From an uncultured Acidobacteriota bacterium (GTDB lineage Bacteria > Acidobacteriota > Terriglobia > Acidiferrales > UBA7541), in contig CAWIRJ010000005.1 in NCBI GenBank assembly GCA_963838475.1, positions 35,520 through 99,519 on the forward strand: a stretch of 64,000 nt of DNA, read 5' to 3'. Positions 62,229-64,000 of the stretch are shown in pieces. The first letter of the stretch is position 1. Each line of letters starts with the position of its first letter. A program made the translations under genes and the position numbers. The notes below the pieces were generated by a model. That model did not search any database, was not told where the DNA came from, and saw only the letters and a program-made list of their open reading frames with translations.

Positions 62229-62255
62229 GTACGAAAAGTACGTTCGTACTTGAAC
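62229..62255. promoter_or_regulatory. Palindromic element AAGTACG-TT-CGTACTT (AGTAC-N4-GTACT) with an extra GTACG copy and an overlapping GTTC-N6-GAAC
   Basis: Perfect 16-bp palindrome at 62236-62251 in the secA/CAP divergent intergenic region. Candidate operator. Confidence 0.35.
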
Positions 62256-62345
62256 TTTCGACCAGCATCTTTTTCTGCACGTATTCGCTAGCCTTTAGAT
62301 ACGAAGTCCTAGGCACGCAGGCCTGTTTTTCGTCCGGAGTTCCGC

Positions 62346-63104
62346 ATGCCGCTAGTAGCTCGCATCGCAGTCTTGTTCATCACTATCAGCCTGTTAGCCT
62401 CGCCGGCCGTGTATGCTCGCCCGCCGCAAAGTGCGTCTCCTGAAGGTCAGCTTTTCAATGCCGTAAATCGTGAGCGCGCCGCCCAAGGCCTTTCTATCTT
62501 ACAGTGGGATGACGCGCTGGCCTCCGCCGCCCGCGACCATGCTAGCCAAATGGCGCTCCATAATTTAATGTCACACCAGCTGCCTGGCGAGCCGGCGCTA
62601 GTAGCACGCGCCAACGCCGCCGGTGTTCGGTTCAGCGTTATTGCGGAGAATGTCGCCATCGGCCCCGACGCTTACGCCATCCATACTGCCTGGATGCGCT
62701 CCCCCCATCATCGAGAAAATATTCTCAGACCCGAGCTCAATGCGCTTGGTATTGCCGTTGTACCAGGAAGTGGAGGCCTTTTCGCTGTACAAGATTTTGC
62801 ACAAACTTCCGCGAATTTGAATCTTGAGCAACAAGAACAACAAATGGCCTCGCTGTTGGCCGCCCGTGGCCTGCAAGCCATTGCTTCTCCGGACGCTCAA
62901 CAATTCTGTAACGCCCAGCGCGTGTACATGGGAAATCAGTCGGCCACCATCCTGCGTTTTGAAACTACCGACCTCAGCACCCTCCCGGCGTCCTTAGCAA
63001 AGAAAATTGAAGATCGTTCATTTCGCACCGCTACTGTAGCCGCATGCACTCCCGCAAACTCCTTGGGCTTCTCGCGCTTCCGCTTCGCCGTACTTCTTTT
63101 CTGA
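62346..63104 (+). CDS. Secreted CAP/SCP (PR-1-like, YkwD-type) domain protein
   Basis: Signal peptide and a CAP-domain core (NRERAAQGL...HASQMA...SHQLPGE...AENVA...WMRSPHHRENIL). Confidence 0.82.
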   Translation: MPLVARIAVLFITISLLASPAVYARPPQSASPEGQLFNAVNRERAAQGLSILQWDDALASAARDHASQMALHNLMSHQLPGEPALVARANAAGVRFSVIAENVAIGPDAYAIHTAWMRSPHHRENILRPELNALGIAVVPGSGGLFAVQDFAQTSANLNLEQQEQQMASLLAARGLQAIASPDAQQFCNAQRVYMGNQSATILRFETTDLSTLPASLAKKIEDRSFRTATVAACTPANSLGFSRFRFAVLLF

Positions 63105-63231
63105 GTGCTCGCTGACTCTACGAAAACCGGTCTCTCTCCCTTGCTGCCATCGATTCACAGGTCTATGATTGAAAGCTCATCAAAAGTGATTTGCTGTTGG
63201 AACGAAGCTGTACTTATTTGAAAGGAAAACC

Positions 63232-64000
63232 ATGGCAAGCGGACCAACTGGACCAGCGGCAGGCAAGCGTTTTCAGGATAAAGCGCCAATCACCGGCGTG
63301 AAAAATCTCGTCGCAGTAGCCAGCGGTAAAGGCGGAGTAGGAAAGACCACCGTCGCAGTAAATCTCGCCATTGCTCTTAGAAATCTGGGCAACGCGGTTG
63401 GCTTACTTGATGCAGACGTTTACGGCCCAAACGTTCCGGTGATGCTCGGCACTAACGAGCAACCGCGCGCCGTTGACGAACGCACGATTATTCCAGTGGA
63501 AGCTTATGGCCTGAAAATGATTTCTATGGGCCTGCTGAATCCCGGCGACAAGCCCCTCGTTTGGCGCGGCCCGATGCTGCACAGCGTGATCCAGCAATTT
63601 CTGCGCAGCACGCAATGGGGCACTCTCGACTACCTCATCGTGGACCTGCCGCCCGGCACGGGCGATGTTCAGCTCACGCTGATTCAGAGTGTTTCTGTTA
63701 CCGGTGCCGTAGTCGTCACCACGCCTTCCATTGTCGCGCTTGCTGACGTTCGCAAAGCCATCGAAATGTTCCGGCAAGTAAACGTCGAGGTTCTCGGAGT
63801 GGTCGAGAACATGAGCTATTTCAACTGCCCGCATTGCAAAGGGCGCATCGACGTATTCGGCCACGGCGAAGGCCAGCACATGGCGAAGAGTTTCGGCGTA
63901 CCCTTTCTTGGCGAAATAGAAATTGACCCGCAGATTCGGATCGGAGGCGATACCGGCAAGCCCGTTGCCTCGCTCGGCGAGGACGCTCCGGGCAGCAAGA
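63232..64000 (+). CDS. apbC: Mrp/ApbC/NBP35-family Fe-S cluster carrier ATPase (3' end cut by window edge)
   Basis: My own translation from ATG 63232 gives deviant Walker A ASGKGGVGKTT, DLPPGTGD and a CPHC motif. It is absent from the ORF track because no stop lies in the window. Confidence 0.9.
   Translation, partial: MASGPTGPAAGKRFQDKAPITGVKNLVAVASGKGGVGKTTVAVNLAIALRNLGNAVGLLDADVYGPNVPVMLGTNEQPRAVDERTIIPVEAYGLKMISMGLLNPGDKPLVWRGPMLHSVIQQFLRSTQWGTLDYLIVDLPPGTGDVQLTLIQSVSVTGAVVVTTPSIVALADVRKAIEMFRQVNVEVLGVVENMSYFNCPHCKGRIDVFGHGEGQHMAKSFGVPFLGEIEIDPQIRIGGDTGKPVASLGEDAPGSK

Noticed and set aside
63403-63879. 158-aa minus-strand ORF near the right edge
   Set aside because: The plus strand encodes an unmistakable Mrp/ApbC ATPase (GKGGVGKTT, CPHC). 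That gene is missing from the ORF track only because it runs off the window. The minus-strand ORF is its shadow.

Overview
Moderately GC-rich chromosomal segment. The gene content looks like a soil Acidobacteriota-type bacterium (secreted sedolisin and M61 peptidases, a TolB-propeller Ser/Thr kinase, a DUF3857-transglutaminase-TPR giant). That assignment is inference and I cannot run a search. The window is mostly core translation machinery. It holds rplM-rpsI, rpsB-tsf-pyrH-frr, and one uninterrupted 20.8-kb same-strand array, rpsL-rpsG-fusA-tuf-rpsJ...rpoA-rplQ (21812-42658, 36 genes). That array has a textbook sigma70 promoter in front and a strong intrinsic terminator behind. The left flank carries recA (5' truncated), a minimal PBP-like transpeptidase, an M23 peptidase, a sedolisin, korAB, a membrane MutS-family ATPase divergent from lexA, a DinB-family gene, a bactofilin and a 1101-aa transglutaminase/TPR protein. 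The right flank carries an M61 peptidase, VanZ, guaB, an ECF sigma/anti-sigma pair divergent from a Tat-phosphoesterase/cupredoxin/DUF2231 operon, an alpha/beta hydrolase, a Tat-M24 peptidase, a Ser/Thr kinase with beta-propeller, a lipoprotein, two small orphan genes, a DUF4097 protein, secA, a CAP-domain protein and mrp/apbC (3' truncated). I saw no rRNA, tRNA, CRISPR array, IS element, integrase or prophage signature. Three things deserve follow-up most. (1) An unrecognised 116-codon basic Cys/His ORF fills an abnormal 375-nt gap between rplB and rpsS inside the S10 operon. (2) The ECF module has the same GGAAT-N17-GTCT motif on both strands of its divergent promoter region. (3) The membrane MutS-like/lexA/DinB neighbourhood carries candidate operators. 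Secondary observations are a ~310-nt structured leader ahead of rpsL, low-complexity extensions on many ribosomal proteins, and insertions in EF-G and SecA. Start codons were chosen by eye from Shine-Dalgarno context. Several ORF-track entries are clearly over-extended at the N-terminus and were trimmed.
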